NCBI GenBank assembly: GCA_043778225.1
Contig: JAYWGM010000028.1
Span: 1-64,000 of the forward strand
From: Deinococcales bacterium
GTDB taxonomy: Bacteria; Deinococcota; Deinococci; Deinococcales; JAAFIG01
Length of the DNA: 64,000 nt
Direction: 5' to 3'
This document shows positions 46,361 through 57,922 of this stretch, one piece after another. Position 1 is the stretch's first letter. Each line of letters opens with the position of its first letter. The position numbers and the translations under genes were made by a program. The notes below the pieces were generated by a model. The model was not told the DNA's origin and did not search any database. It worked only from the letters and a program-made list of their open reading frames with translations.

Positions 46361-49111
46361 ATGCTTGAACGATTTTTTAGCTTGTTGGCTTGCAGCATAG
46401 GCTTGGTGGCTTGTCAGGACAAACCAATTTTAATTGTCAATCCGCCAGACAACAGCAGCCCAGCCTTACTTTGGTCAAATGCTGCCACATGGGGCGGGAG
46501 TGTACCAAGCGACAACAGCAGTGTGGTCATTCCAGACGGCAAACGCATTGTTTTAGATGTCAATGCCAATGTCAAAAACATTACCGTACTTGGAACGCTC
46601 GAGTTTAAGGACACCAACCTCAATCTTCAAACCGATTATATTGCTGTCCATGGTGCAATGCGCTTAGGCAGTGCGATTAACCCATTTGCCTCCAGAGCCA
46701 CCATTACCTTAAAAGGCAGCAATACCGAAGACATCATGAAGATGGGGTCTCGAGGTATTTTGGTGATGGGCGGCGAATTGTCGGTCTACGGCACAGCCCC
46801 CAAAGTTATCTGGACTAAATTAGCCGACCACAGCGCGGCTGGAGCTTTAAGTCTGAGTTTACTCGAGAATACAGCTTGGAAAACTGGCGACCAGATTGTG
46901 ATTGCACCGACCGATTTTTACAACGATGGAAATTTCCAAAAATCCCCAGAGACCGAAATGCTCGAGGTACAAAGTGCCAACGGCTCGAGTATCGGCTTAA
47001 AAAATGCTTTAAGTGGGGCGCGTTGGGGTAAATTGCAGTATGCCACCGAAAGCGGCATGAGTTTGAGTCAAGGCAGTATTACGCTGCCAAGTACATCGGC
47101 TCGAGACACGGGTGGCACTACCATTCCAACAGTGCTGGATGAACGGGCAGAAGTTGGCAATGTCAGCCGCAACATTGTGATAGAAGCTGCCGACGACAAC
47201 CTCTGGAAAGAACAAGGATTTGGCGCTCAGGTCATGATTATGGGCGAAACTGCCAAGACCCATCTCGAGGGCATCGAACTACGGCGGGTTGGGCAAGCTG
47301 GCAAATTTGGGCGTTATCCGGTGCATTTTCATAATTTAAGTTACGACAGCACGGGCAAGGAATTAGCCGATGCAAACGCCACCCTCAAAAACTCGAGCAT
47401 TTGGAATTCAAGTCAACGTTGTGTGGTGATTCATGGCTCGAACGGTGTTAAAGTGCAAAATAATATTTGCTACAACATCAAAGGTCATGCAATTTTTCTC
47501 GAGGATGCAGTCGAGCGGCGCAACTTAATCGAAAATAATCTGGTATTGCGGGTACGCGAGCCTAAAAAAGCCCAAGCACTTTTGAAGCACGAAATTGGCG
47601 AAGCCTTTGGCGGTACGAGTTCTGGCTTTTGGATTGTTAATCCTGACAACACGCTGCGTGGCAATGTCGCCGCCGATGTTGTTGGGCATGGGTACTGGTT
47701 GGCTTTTCCAAAGACCACGCTTGGAGTCAACAACAACGTCAAGCTCAATCCGTACGCTGACCAAGGAAAAATCATAGGCGCTCGCCCTGAAAGAATGCCG
47801 TTTGGGATTTTTGAAAACAACGTGGCGCACAGCATCCAAGACAATGGTGTGTTTATAGATGCCGCTCCAACCGATGCTCGAGACGCAAGTGGCAACCAAA
47901 TTGGCGAAACCGAAGGCGCAAAGTATGTCCCCATGCAGGGAGGTAAAGACTGGGATTACGATTTTAGCAAGTGGGAACGCTTTACTTTGGCTAGAGTCAC
48001 GACCTATAAAACAGGTTCGTACTGGGGCGGTGGTGGCGGCATCTGGAATCGTAACAGTTACCCCAATTTTCTCGAGTGGGTTTCGGCAGACCATCAGGGC
48101 GGTTGGTTCGCTGGGGCTGGCGACGATGGCTTAATTGCCCGTAGCCTGATGGTTGGCACAAGCCTCAATATTGGTGTGGCTCGAGCCAGCACCCAGCCTT
48201 TGGCAGCCTTAGCGAGTTATCACAGCACTTTTGACATGACCCAAAACATTATCCTCGAGTTTCCATTTGCCCAAGGCACGGAAAACAACCCAAGTGGTGT
48301 ATTTATGACTGCCGATTATTACATCACACCAGTAGACAAAGGCTTAAAACGCAATCCAGACAACAAGTTAGTCAATGCTCACCCCGGACGACGTGTACAG
48401 CCTTTTACAACCGAAAACTGGGCTTTGGCTGGCGCACTTTGGGATTACAACGGCTATTGGGGGAAGGCAGGCAATTATTGGGTTTATGACCAAGCCTTCT
48501 TTACATCTGGCACAAGCTGCACCCAAGTTGCACCAGTCGGCAAAAACGGCGCAAGTTGTGTTGGTCCATACTATGGCATTGGCGATTTTGTAACCAATTT
48601 TGACACCGACCGCTACGGTTTTAAGCACCCCATAGAAGCTACTCGAGTTGACTCGAACGGCACAACTTTGGACACTTGGAGTGTGGGCGACGGCAATACT
48701 GCCCCAAAATTGGGCAATATGCGCCATTTTGCAGCCGTCAAGAATGGGCGCTTTATGCTGCGTTTTCCTAAGCGCTCGGGTTCTGGGTACGAAATTCCAC
48801 AGCGTTTTGAATCCACCGTGGATAACTTTCTGAGTGCCAGCGACGAAACTTTATTGGCGGTACAGTTTGATGGCACAAAAAACCCAAGCATTAGCCTCGA
48901 GAACGGCACAGAGACTCGCGCAATCAACTCGAGTGGGATAAATCTGGCAGCCGTAACAGCCGACTCGAGTGGCAAAACCTTTTTCTTTGACCGTGGCAAT
49001 AACTTACTTTGGCTGAAATTAAAAGGTGGGCTGACCAAAAACCCCAATTGGAATCAAGACCCGAAATCCAACGACCAGTTGTATCAATCTATGCGGCTCG
49101 AGATTAAGTGA
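46361..49111 (+). CDS. G8-domain / parallel beta-helix lipoprotein (TMEM2/CEMIP-like)
   Basis: LVAC lipobox; WSNAATW G8 start; DERAEVG..SRNI, GRYPVHFH, RCVVIHG, GHAIFLED motifs. Confidence 0.82.
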   Translation: MLERFFSLLACSIGLVACQDKPILIVNPPDNSSPALLWSNAATWGGSVPSDNSSVVIPDGKRIVLDVNANVKNITVLGTLEFKDTNLNLQTDYIAVHGAMRLGSAINPFASRATITLKGSNTEDIMKMGSRGILVMGGELSVYGTAPKVIWTKLADHSAAGALSLSLLENTAWKTGDQIVIAPTDFYNDGNFQKSPETEMLEVQSANGSSIGLKNALSGARWGKLQYATESGMSLSQGSITLPSTSARDTGGTTIPTVLDERAEVGNVSRNIVIEAADDNLWKEQGFGAQVMIMGETAKTHLEGIELRRVGQAGKFGRYPVHFHNLSYDSTGKELADANATLKNSSIWNSSQRCVVIHGSNGVKVQNNICYNIKGHAIFLEDAVERRNLIENNLVLRVREPKKAQALLKHEIGEAFGGTSSGFWIVNPDNTLRGNVAADVVGHGYWLAFPKTTLGVNNNVKLNPYADQGKIIGARPERMPFGIFENNVAHSIQDNGVFIDAAPTDARDASGNQIGETEGAKYVPMQGGKDWDYDFSKWERFTLARVTTYKTGSYWGGGGGIWNRNSYPNFLEWVSADHQGGWFAGAGDDGLIARSLMVGTSLNIGVARASTQPLAALASYHSTFDMTQNIILEFPFAQGTENNPSGVFMTADYYITPVDKGLKRNPDNKLVNAHPGRRVQPFTTENWALAGALWDYNGYWGKAGNYWVYDQAFFTSGTSCTQVAPVGKNGASCVGPYYGIGDFVTNFDTDRYGFKHPIEATRVDSNGTTLDTWSVGDGNTAPKLGNMRHFAAVKNGRFMLRFPKRSGSGYEIPQRFESTVDNFLSASDETLLAVQFDGTKNPSISLENGTETRAINSSGINLAAVTADSSGKTFFFDRGNNLLWLKLKGGLTKNPNWNQDPKSNDQLYQSMRLEIK

Positions 49112-49112
49112 T

Positions 49113-50849
49113 TTAGGGATAGACATTGGCATTGGTGGCTGCGCCCATACTGCCCATTTGGGCGGGTGGGCAAACACCGCCAGGAGCGCCAAAGTTGCCC
49201 AGTAACCCAGCTATTAGCGTGTTGTTGCTGGCAGAAAAAACCATATGGCCAGAGGCTAATGAATAAACCCCGCCACCAATCGCATCGCCACCGTTACCGC
49301 CATTGGTGGCTTGAACAAGACATTGGGTTGGTGAGGAAACCGAATTAAAACCAGTCCCACCATTGCCGCCCCAAGCCAAATTATCTTTGATTTCTGAAGC
49401 AATGATTTTTAAGGCACTGCTCGAGGTTGCCGCACTATAAATGCCAGCCCCATAGGCATGACCGCCATTTTGACCCGCCACACTCAGCGATCCATTCGCC
49501 CCGTTGCTCCCTGTAGCCGTGTTATTGCTGATTTGGCTGTACTCAATACTCAAAGCCCCATTGGTGGTGCTAAAAATTCCGCCGCCTCGAGCCACTAAAA
49601 GCGCAGCAGGCAGACCAAGAACCGCAGTTGTGCCTTTGACTTGGTTTGAAGTTATTTTCATCCCAATCAAGCGCGTGGTGGTATCAACTAAAATTCCCGC
49701 CCCACCAAAGTTAGTGCCATTGTGGGTGAGTCTGCCATCTTTAATTGTAAAACCACCCAGCACCACAGTTTTTCCAGTGCCTGTGGTCTCGAGAACCCGA
49801 GAAGCAAAACTTCCAGACAGTGACACATTCGCCCCGCCATACAACCCAATGGACTTATTGATCACCAGTGGGCTACCAACCCCGATGGTGGTATCAAAAC
49901 AAATGCCATCCCCTTGGGTCGCATTGGCAACAGCATTGGTCAGTGCGTTCACACCCGACACAATTATATTCACGGCTGGCACGGTTAAATGGGTGCTGAC
50001 GGCATCTGAACCTATTCCGCCCAATTTACCCGCCACCCTAAGGTCATGAATAAATTTGAGGTTCGTAGTGGTATCACCACACGCCTGTCCACCCAGCATC
50101 GTGACTTTACGAGTGCCGCTCGGCACAGCACTTAAACCCGCCACTGTCCCCGCAATCTGTTCCTCGAGACTCTGGACAAGTTCGTTGACCCCGCCTTCGG
50201 AAAATAAAAAAGTCAGGCTAAAACCATATGTACCAGAAGTTTGGTTTGGCACACTCAGGGAAAGGGTGACTGTGGCTGTTTCGTTTGGGGCAATGGTTCT
50301 TGGATTGCTGTCCAAGTTCGTATCGCCAACCCGTTGCTGCATTAAATAACCAAATCCAAGCGGGTATTCGCCAACCCCAAGGGCAGCCCCAGCTTCGGTG
50401 GCTCGAGTATTGATTTCACTTTGATTAAAAAGTTGTAAATCGGCGGCATTTGAATCCACTGTACTCGCATTGCAATCCATACCGTGACTCGACACGATGG
50501 CTCGAGGGTTAGGCGTAGTTGCACCACCAAAATTAACAATCGCTTTGAGGGCTGTACCATCGGCATTACCAGATTTGTGATAGGCATGAAGCAGCAGATT
50601 ATTGAGGGTTGAGTTGGTGTTGTTGGTGAACCGAAAACTGCGTCGTAAATAGCGCAAGCCCTTGGTCATGTCATCGCAGACTGCCACGGCTGCCAGTGGC
50701 ACAAAACTCAAGGCGGTATCGGGCAGGACTGCCGCTTGGGTCAAGACATTGGACATTGGTAACTCGAGTGCGCCAAGTGTTTGCGGACTCGGTTGTGGGT
50801 TTTGCTGACAAGCCAAGAGACCAACAAAAAGAACAATCAACCGCTTCAT
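49113..50849 (-). CDS. Surface lipoprotein with Gly-rich beta-helix-like C-terminus
   Basis: LLAC lipobox; N-terminal domain homologous to 1736..5050; GGGIFS/GAGIYS/GGGVYS repeats. Confidence 0.7.
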   Translation of the reverse strand: MKRLIVLFVGLLACQQNPQPSPQTLGALELPMSNVLTQAAVLPDTALSFVPLAAVAVCDDMTKGLRYLRRSFRFTNNTNSTLNNLLLHAYHKSGNADGTALKAIVNFGGATTPNPRAIVSSHGMDCNASTVDSNAADLQLFNQSEINTRATEAGAALGVGEYPLGFGYLMQQRVGDTNLDSNPRTIAPNETATVTLSLSVPNQTSGTYGFSLTFLFSEGGVNELVQSLEEQIAGTVAGLSAVPSGTRKVTMLGGQACGDTTTNLKFIHDLRVAGKLGGIGSDAVSTHLTVPAVNIIVSGVNALTNAVANATQGDGICFDTTIGVGSPLVINKSIGLYGGANVSLSGSFASRVLETTGTGKTVVLGGFTIKDGRLTHNGTNFGGAGILVDTTTRLIGMKITSNQVKGTTAVLGLPAALLVARGGGIFSTTNGALSIEYSQISNNTATGSNGANGSLSVAGQNGGHAYGAGIYSAATSSSALKIIASEIKDNLAWGGNGGTGFNSVSSPTQCLVQATNGGNGGDAIGGGVYSLASGHMVFSASNNTLIAGLLGNFGAPGGVCPPAQMGSMGAATNANVYP

Positions 50850-50853
50850 GGAT

Positions 50854-51789
50854 TTATGCTAACACTTGCTGTAAAAAACTTGGGTCATAATTACCACCAG
50901 AGACAATACACACGGTTTTACCCCTTGGCGTAAACACCCCAGAGCGAATTGCCGCCGTGGTCAGTGCGCCGGTTGGTTCAACTGCCAGTTTGGTCTCGAG
51001 AAACAAATGGCGCATGGCTTCAAGAACCGCATCTTCGGATACAGTCATCATATCGTCCACCAAGCTCGAGATGATTTCGTAATTCAACACGCCAAGCCCT
51101 TGGGTTCGCACCCCATCGCAGATGGTTCTTGTCACCAGACTGGCATCCCACGAACGGCGCTCTTTGGCATAAAACGATTCTTTGGCATCAGCCGCCAATT
51201 CTGGTTCGACCCCAATCACTTTGGTTTTGGGCGATAGCGCTTTAATCGCCACCGCGATTCCAGCCAGTAGTCCACCGCCACCAACACAAACCAGAACCGT
51301 ATCCACATCGGATAAATCCTGCACAATCTCAAGTCCGATTGTGCCTTGCCCGGCAATCATTCTGGCATCATCGAATGGCGCGATGTACTCGAGACCACGT
51401 GAATCCCGAAGATTCATGGCGACCTGCATCCGCAAATCCGAGGCATTTGGGCAACGCACGATTTCTGCTCCCCAAGCGGCTGTTCGGTCTACTTTAATTT
51501 GTGGGGCATTGTGTGGAATTACAATTGTGCTTAGAATACCGTGCATAAAAGCTGCCGCCGCCACACCTTGGGCATGGTTGCCGCTCGAGTCTGCCACAAC
51601 ACCCATAGCCCTCGTTTCGGCACTCAGGCTCGAGATGGCATTGTATGCACCACGGAACTTAAAACTGCCCGTGACTTGCAGATTCTCGGGTTTGAGCCAG
51701 ATTCCAGCCTCGAGCGGTAAGAGTGGGGTATGCCGCGCCACACCCACAATTCGAGCGGCTGCCGCTTGCACATCGGATAAGCCCACCAT
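50854..51789 (-). CDS. PLP-dependent threonine/serine dehydratase family
   Basis: KPENLQ.TGSFKFRGA, SSGNHAQG, GQGT, GGGGL, SGGN motifs. Confidence 0.88.
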   Translation of the reverse strand: MVGLSDVQAAAARIVGVARHTPLLPLEAGIWLKPENLQVTGSFKFRGAYNAISSLSAETRAMGVVADSSGNHAQGVAAAAFMHGILSTIVIPHNAPQIKVDRTAAWGAEIVRCPNASDLRMQVAMNLRDSRGLEYIAPFDDARMIAGQGTIGLEIVQDLSDVDTVLVCVGGGGLLAGIAVAIKALSPKTKVIGVEPELAADAKESFYAKERRSWDASLVTRTICDGVRTQGLGVLNYEIISSLVDDMMTVSEDAVLEAMRHLFLETKLAVEPTGALTTAAIRSGVFTPRGKTVCIVSGGNYDPSFLQQVLA

Positions 51790-52913
51790 CAGATTCGGTA
51801 CTCCGTGAATGGTGCAGCATCGGGTTGACCATCACTGACGTGTAGGGTGCGCGTCTCGAGGTTCATAATCACGCCACAAATCGTGGCAACGCGGTCTTCA
51901 GGCGGTTCTTCTTGGTTTGGATAACGACAAATTCCGTCGGGGTCGTCGTCGCGGTCAGATAAAAATTCCTTAAAATCCTCAAGTTTTAACGGGCGGCGAT
52001 TCTCGAGCAATTCGGTCATGCGTTTTTGTCGGTGATAACTGTGCGGACGACGCTCAGATGGCGGCTCGACTAAGTTCATGCTTTTTGGGTCTAAAAAGTG
52101 ATTGGTATGCGCCATACTGCCTAAATTGCACGAGACGGTACGAATACCATGTGGCGCAGTTTCAAAATCAATCACTTGGTCGGGTGCATGACCCACCATA
52201 AAATTGGTACTACAGGCTTTTGTGCCATCATCTATAACGGCTCGAGCCGCTTCAAGACTGGTGGAACGCAAAATTTCCCAGCAACGTGCATGGGTTGGTC
52301 GGGCAATTCGCGCCCAGTCGTCGTCCATGCTGGTCAAGCCACTGATACACAAGCCCAGTCCAGCACTGTTTAGCCCAAGTTTTGATGCAAAAATACCAGC
52401 TTCGGTAAAACCCAACGTCTCGAGACCATCAAGGTGCTTAGTGTGCAGCAGCGCCCCTTTAACGCCTTCAATCCAATCCCAGTTTTGACCAATGGTTAAT
52501 TGCCCGCTTGCCGTGGCTTCAGGCAGCGCCGCAAACAAAGTACAACCATCCGGGCGACGATGCTCTGGGCTGGCAGTCACTCGGGTCAAACCCGCATTCT
52601 CGAGACCGACCGTGCCGTATTGGTAATACAAAATCTCGTAACGCGCATTGAGGGCAGCAATCTCAAAAAAATTACGCCCAGAGCTTTGAGAAATGCCGCG
52701 CATCCCTTCAGAATAGGCTGGCGAAAACTTCTCGAAGTGCCGTGCTACCTTGGCTGCCATTGAAAGGGTTTGTTCTCGAGTCAGCTTAGCTTCTTTTTCA
52801 AAACGGTAAAAATACAACTCGAGGTTGTACTCGATTAAATCTTTGAGGGCTTCGCCGTGCTGCTGCCCCTGCTCGAGCGGTGTGCCAGAAAGTTCTACCA
52901 GTCTAAAGGTCAT
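51789..52913 (-). CDS. C45 autoproteolytic acyltransferase/peptidase
   Basis: LNARYE, DG/CT processing site, GQNWDW, HTNHF. Confidence 0.82.
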   Translation of the reverse strand: MTFRLVELSGTPLEQGQQHGEALKDLIEYNLELYFYRFEKEAKLTREQTLSMAAKVARHFEKFSPAYSEGMRGISQSSGRNFFEIAALNARYEILYYQYGTVGLENAGLTRVTASPEHRRPDGCTLFAALPEATASGQLTIGQNWDWIEGVKGALLHTKHLDGLETLGFTEAGIFASKLGLNSAGLGLCISGLTSMDDDWARIARPTHARCWEILRSTSLEAARAVIDDGTKACSTNFMVGHAPDQVIDFETAPHGIRTVSCNLGSMAHTNHFLDPKSMNLVEPPSERRPHSYHRQKRMTELLENRRPLKLEDFKEFLSDRDDDPDGICRYPNQEEPPEDRVATICGVIMNLETRTLHVSDGQPDAAPFTEYRI

Positions 52914-52966
52914 GCTCTGAGCATACCGAATTTTCAGACTCGAGAAGTAATACAAATGGCGTAAAG

Positions 52967-54874
52967 TTATAGGGCTTCGCACCACTCCAAGACTCGAGGG
53001 AAAGAAACAGCTTCGCAGCTTCCGAAAAGCGCATTTTTCGAGAGTTTGGCTCGAGTCGTTTTGGGGCTGGTCATGCCGCATAAAAATCGTGCCAGTTGAC
53101 GCGGCTCGGATAAGGCATCTGGGTTAGCTTGGACAAGGGCTTTGATGCTTCTTGGCTCGAGAATTTGCTCGAGCCTCGGGCTGGATTGGGCTGGTGGCAA
53201 TCGGATTTCTTGCCCAAGGCAGTAGCTACATTGACCACAGTTTTGCACGTCAATGTCGCCAAAATAATTGGCTAAAGCATCGGTGTAGCAATGCTGATTC
53301 TCAAAAAACTTTGGGATGCTGTGCAAGCGTTCTAAATCGGCTTGTTCGCGTTTGGCAAAGCGTTGCTCGAGACTGGCAACCAGTTTGGGGATGTGGCTAA
53401 ATTCTTTGACTCGAGTGAATTGATTGATAACATTGGAAACTTTTAATTCAACAAGTTTTTGCTCGGATAAATAATTGAGAGCAGTCACGATTCGCTCTCG
53501 AGGTTGGGCTATTTTTTCGCTTATCACACGTGGCTCGAGGGTCAGCCAATCGCGCCCCATTTTGCCATTTTGTAAGACTGTCTCGAGAAAATCATAGCGC
53601 TCACCGCTAAATCTGGTCATGATTGTTTTGAGCGGTGTTAAGAATTTGAGGGCATATGTTTCGTATTGTGGTGTGCCTTGGTACAACATATCCTCGAGTT
53701 CCAGATAAGTGATCGCTGTTCGCAGCACAAGCGGGCGCAAATCGGTCTCGCCAGATAAATTGTAAAGGTTGACGAGCATCTGTTCTGGCTGTGCCGCAAA
53801 GAAGCTCACAAGGCGCGTCAGGGCATCGGCGCTTGGCGTATCGCCATAAATAAATTGCTCGAGGGTTGCAGCATCCTCTAGGCTGCCAAACATCATGCCG
53901 ATGGCTGGCAAATCATCGCGCCCAGCCCGTCCGACTTCTTGGGCATAGCCCTCGAGACTTTTGGGCAGTTGATAATGATAAACGCCACGCACATTGGCTT
54001 TGTCTATGCCCATGCCAAAGGCAATGGTTGCCACGACAATTGCATTTGGAGTGGTCATCCACCAGTGCTGCACGTCGGAACGCAGTTCGTCAGGCAGACC
54101 AGCATGATAGGCTCGAGCCTCAAGACCAGAGGCAATCAAAAAATCGGCAACCCGTTCAGCATCTCGCTGCAAGGTCGCATAAACAATACTTGTCCCGATA
54201 TTTTGTTGCAGCGCTTTGAGTAACGCCGCATCTCGAGCCGCCAGTTTGGTTGGTTGCGCCAAAAGTTGCAGATTATCGCGGCGAAAACCAGAAATCACGG
54301 CTGCCGAATTAGGAATCTTAAAAGCCTCGCAAATGTCTTGCACCACACTTGGCGTGGCTGTGGCGGTCAACGCCAAAATTCGTTCCGCCCCAATATCTTC
54401 GGCAACTCGAGCCAGTTTTAAGTAGTCTGGACGGAAATTATGCCCCCACTGAGAAACACAGTGGGCTTCATCCAAAGCAAACAGCGCAATTTTGGCGGAC
54501 TTTATTAAGGCATAAAATTGTTCGTTGTTAAAGCGTTCAGGCGAAACATAGAGGATTAAACTTTCGCCGTTTCGGATTGCCGCATTGACCCGCAAAAGTT
54601 CCTCGCGCCCCAAACTCGAGTCGAGTCGAGCCGCCGCAATTCCCAAGGCTTGCAAGGTCTGGACTTGCTCGCGCATCAAAGCCAGAAGCGGCGAAACCAC
54701 AAGCGTGATTCCCTCGAGCATCAGGGCTGGCAACTGATAACACAAAGACTTGCCACCACCCGTTGGGAAAACTGCCAAGGCGCGGTTAGAGGTAAACAGA
54801 TGATGCAGCACGGCTTCTTGCCCAGCCCGAAATTTTGAATGACCGAATTTTAGCAACGCCGTCTCGAGGTTCAT
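52967..54874 (-). CDS. recQ: RecQ-family ATP-dependent DNA helicase
   Basis: PTGGGKSLCYQ, DEAHC.SQWGHNFRPDY, ATIAFGMGIDK, QEVGRAGRD, Zn-binding CGQCSYC. Confidence 0.9.
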   Translation of the reverse strand: MNLETALLKFGHSKFRAGQEAVLHHLFTSNRALAVFPTGGGKSLCYQLPALMLEGITLVVSPLLALMREQVQTLQALGIAAARLDSSLGREELLRVNAAIRNGESLILYVSPERFNNEQFYALIKSAKIALFALDEAHCVSQWGHNFRPDYLKLARVAEDIGAERILALTATATPSVVQDICEAFKIPNSAAVISGFRRDNLQLLAQPTKLAARDAALLKALQQNIGTSIVYATLQRDAERVADFLIASGLEARAYHAGLPDELRSDVQHWWMTTPNAIVVATIAFGMGIDKANVRGVYHYQLPKSLEGYAQEVGRAGRDDLPAIGMMFGSLEDAATLEQFIYGDTPSADALTRLVSFFAAQPEQMLVNLYNLSGETDLRPLVLRTAITYLELEDMLYQGTPQYETYALKFLTPLKTIMTRFSGERYDFLETVLQNGKMGRDWLTLEPRVISEKIAQPRERIVTALNYLSEQKLVELKVSNVINQFTRVKEFSHIPKLVASLEQRFAKREQADLERLHSIPKFFENQHCYTDALANYFGDIDVQNCGQCSYCLGQEIRLPPAQSSPRLEQILEPRSIKALVQANPDALSEPRQLARFLCGMTSPKTTRAKLSKNALFGSCEAVSFPRVLEWCEAL

Positions 54875-54918
54875 AAAAGCAGTCTATCCTGCGCTTTGAA
54901 GTGGTAGAGTCATTACGG

Positions 54919-55944
54919 ATGCAACGTAATCTTCGCCTTACCCTCGAACCTTGGAGTCCGGAATACGACACCAGTCTTCATGCCGACCCAAACGAAACCA
55001 AATCGCTCGAGGATGTCGAACTTGAAGTTGAATTTAGCCTCTGGGGCAAGGTTCGCCCTGCCGATTACCGCGTGGATTTTAGCCAATTGTTTTTTATAGA
55101 TGGGCGGCGCAGACTGGAAGGGCGGGTCTGGAACACCCTCGAGAAGGGAATTATTGCACCCGGTTTACTTGGCACTTTGGCGGTTGGTGCAGTCACCACC
55201 AAGCACGACACGCTGACCCCAGCCAAAGTCGTGGACCGAGTTCTCGAGCGAATTTTGATTTTGTCGGGCGGCACGGGAGAGGATTTAATCATTGAAAACC
55301 GTGGTCACGAATACGGGCGGCTCGAGTACCGTTACGAAGCCCTGAACGACACCCAAAACCTCGAGAATGCCCTAATTCAGCGTTTGCAATTTTTAATGCG
55401 CGATGCCGAAGATAAACTGGCGGCTGGTTTAGCGCTCGAGAAGGCGCTTTTGATTTTGGATGGTCCGTTGCAACGCCGCGCCCCAGACCGCAGCCTAGGC
55501 TATGTCAAAACGATGCACACCTTGTATGTCTCGGGGGCAGAACTCGAGGTTTTACGCCAACTCGAGAAAGGCGAACGCACCCCAATTTTTCGGATTGGCA
55601 GCCGAATTTTGCCGCGTTATTCGTGGTACATCCGACTCGAGGACACGCCAGAGTATATTCAGCCCTTTGCGGGTTTGGTGCGGCTCGAGGTGCGCGACAG
55701 CATGGGTTTGGAGTGGGCAAAAGAAATTGCCGATTGGAGTTGCCGAATTTTACCGCGTTACAGCGCCAAAGCCTTCCGAGACCCCAGAGCGCCGCAACAA
55801 TTGATGCCGATTGCTTTTCTCGAGTCGGATTTGGGTCGGCGCATGGGCGACATGAGTATTATCCGCCGTAGAATCCAAGCCCACTTAAAAGGACTGAATG
55901 CTCGAGAAGAAGATAGGCTCGAGGCTCGAGAAGTCAGTAATTGA
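54919..55944 (+). CDS. nurA: NurA-like nuclease
   Basis: FIDGRRR, DGPL, GYVKT, GERTP.F, SWY.RL, DPRAPQQL; upstream of herA. Confidence 0.8.
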   Translation: MQRNLRLTLEPWSPEYDTSLHADPNETKSLEDVELEVEFSLWGKVRPADYRVDFSQLFFIDGRRRLEGRVWNTLEKGIIAPGLLGTLAVGAVTTKHDTLTPAKVVDRVLERILILSGGTGEDLIIENRGHEYGRLEYRYEALNDTQNLENALIQRLQFLMRDAEDKLAAGLALEKALLILDGPLQRRAPDRSLGYVKTMHTLYVSGAELEVLRQLEKGERTPIFRIGSRILPRYSWYIRLEDTPEYIQPFAGLVRLEVRDSMGLEWAKEIADWSCRILPRYSAKAFRDPRAPQQLMPIAFLESDLGRRMGDMSIIRRRIQAHLKGLNAREEDRLEAREVSN

Positions 55945-55958
55945 GTCACCTCTCAGGC

Positions 55959-56073
55959 ACTCCCCCCGCAGCGAAGCTGCGACCCCCTCTTCGAGGGGGT
56001 TCAAAACCTTAGAGCCTTGAACTTAAACCCCCTCGAAGAAGGGGAAACGCGAGTACAACAAGCGTGGGGAGTT
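55959..56073. repeat. Composite palindromic element between nurA and herA
   Basis: CCCCCTCTTCGAGGGGG and CCCCCTCGAAGAAGGGG hairpins inside ACTCCCC...GGGGAGT termini. Confidence 0.55.
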
Positions 56074-56091
56074 CCCACAAATTGGAGAAAC

Positions 56092-57897
56092 ATGAATTCA
56101 GCAATTCAATCCGTCGGCATGGTACTTGGCACAAAAGACAGCGCTCCGCTCGAGTTTTGGGTTGGGGTCAACGAAGGGCAGATGTTGCAACTCGATGATT
56201 TTGTGGTGGTCAAGACCAAAAAGCCGCTCGAGGGAACAAACGATGTTATTTCCTTTTATGGCGTGGTGGACAGTGTGCGAAAACTGCACGAAGGCGTACA
56301 GTTTGATTCTGATACCCGCCTAGCGATCGAAGGAACAATTCCAGTCAATGTCAGTTACGCCGCCCATGTGATTGTGACTCGAGTTGAACCCGAAGAATTT
56401 GTGCCACCACATCCCGGCGACGAAGTTTGGCACGCGGTTGGCGAAGAACTGAAAATGGCGCTTTACCAAGACCGCATGGAGTCGGTCACACCCGCCGGTG
56501 TGCTGCGGAACGGTCAGCCGGCTTACCTCAATTTTGCTTTTTTGAACGGCGAAAACGGCGCACACGTCAATATCTCGGGCGTGTCTGGCGTGGCAACCAA
56601 AACCAGTTATGCGCTTTTTTTGTTGTACAGCATTTTTAACTCAAATGCCCTTGGACTCGAGAAAAGTAATTCTCGAGCCGTTATTTTTAACGTTAAAGGC
56701 GAAGATTTACTTTTCCTAGACCAAGAAAACAATAAATTCAGAGACCGCGAAGCCAAACAAAGCGCGGCTCGAGGTTTAGCCACCGACCGCTATACGGTTT
56801 GTGGCTTGCCTGCCACACCTTTTACCGATGTCCAGTTTTTAGCTCCCAACATTGGCACAGAAGGCGTGATTACCCACGGGGCTTCACAGCGAGGACAGGG
56901 GATTACGCCCTACCTCTGGACACTCAAACAATTTGCCCTCGAGCGGCTATTGCCGTATTGCTTTACCGACCGCGACGGCAGCCTCAATCTAGGGTTTTTG
57001 ATTGGTCAAATCGAAGAGCGCTTGGTCAAACTGGTCTCGAGCCAAGATGCCAGCGCCCCGCATATTTTGGTAGACGACTGGTCTCGAGAAGACATTGCCG
57101 AGATAGACGACTCTATCGAATTTAATCAGATCGGCAAAGCAAAATTAACCAGTTTTACGCAGTTAATCGCCTACCTCGAGTACAAGCTGATAGACCAAAA
57201 CGATGGCGAAGGCGACCCGCGCTGGGCTGGCAAGCAACCATCTGGCACACGTCAGGCTTTTGTGCGCCGTTTACGTGGTGTGGTCAAGCACCTCAATCCG
57301 CTCATTCGTGGCGATTTAGATTCGGCTCGAGCCGCCGCTTACCGCCCAGACCCAATGCGAAACCAGTTGAGTGTAGTGGATATTCACGGCTTGCACAGCC
57401 ACGCCCAGATGTTTGTGGTCGGCGTGATTTTGAAGCAGCTTTTTGAAGACAAAGAACGCAAAGGGCGCACGCCATATGTTTTTGTGGTGCTGGATGAGCT
57501 TAACAAATACGCTCCGCGAGATGGCGAAAGCCCAATCAAAGATGTGCTGCTCGATATTGCCGAACGTGGGCGCAGCCTTGGGATTATTTTAATTGGCGCA
57601 CAGCAAACGGCTTCTGAAGTTGAACGGCGGATTGTATCTAACGCCAGCATTCGTGTGGTCGGGCGCTTAGACCCCGCCGAAGCCGAACGCCCAGAGTACC
57701 GCTTTTTACCAGCCGCTTTTAGAATGCGCTCTGGGATTTTGCAACCTGGCACAATGATTGTGAGTCAGCCCGAAGTGCCAAGCCCCGTAATGATAACTTT
57801 TCCGTTTCCAGCATGGGCAACTCGCCGCGATGAGGTTAAGGATTTACCAACCACAAGGGAAGAATCTGAGAAAGCGGCGGCTGATTGGTTATCGTAA
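56092..57897 (+). CDS. herA: HerA-like ATPase
   Basis: N-terminal HAS domain, variant Walker [27 protein letters not shown]...AQQ. Confidence 0.85.
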   Translation: MNSAIQSVGMVLGTKDSAPLEFWVGVNEGQMLQLDDFVVVKTKKPLEGTNDVISFYGVVDSVRKLHEGVQFDSDTRLAIEGTIPVNVSYAAHVIVTRVEPEEFVPPHPGDEVWHAVGEELKMALYQDRMESVTPAGVLRNGQPAYLNFAFLNGENGAHVNISGVSGVATKTSYALFLLYSIFNSNALGLEKSNSRAVIFNVKGEDLLFLDQENNKFRDREAKQSAARGLATDRYTVCGLPATPFTDVQFLAPNIGTEGVITHGASQRGQGITPYLWTLKQFALERLLPYCFTDRDGSLNLGFLIGQIEERLVKLVSSQDASAPHILVDDWSREDIAEIDDSIEFNQIGKAKLTSFTQLIAYLEYKLIDQNDGEGDPRWAGKQPSGTRQAFVRRLRGVVKHLNPLIRGDLDSARAAAYRPDPMRNQLSVVDIHGLHSHAQMFVVGVILKQLFEDKERKGRTPYVFVVLDELNKYAPRDGESPIKDVLLDIAERGRSLGIILIGAQQTASEVERRIVSNASIRVVGRLDPAEAERPEYRFLPAAFRMRSGILQPGTMIVSQPEVPSPVMITFPFPAWATRRDEVKDLPTTREESEKAAADWLS

Positions 57898-57922
57898 CTC
57901 GAGAATCGTGTACACTAATTGT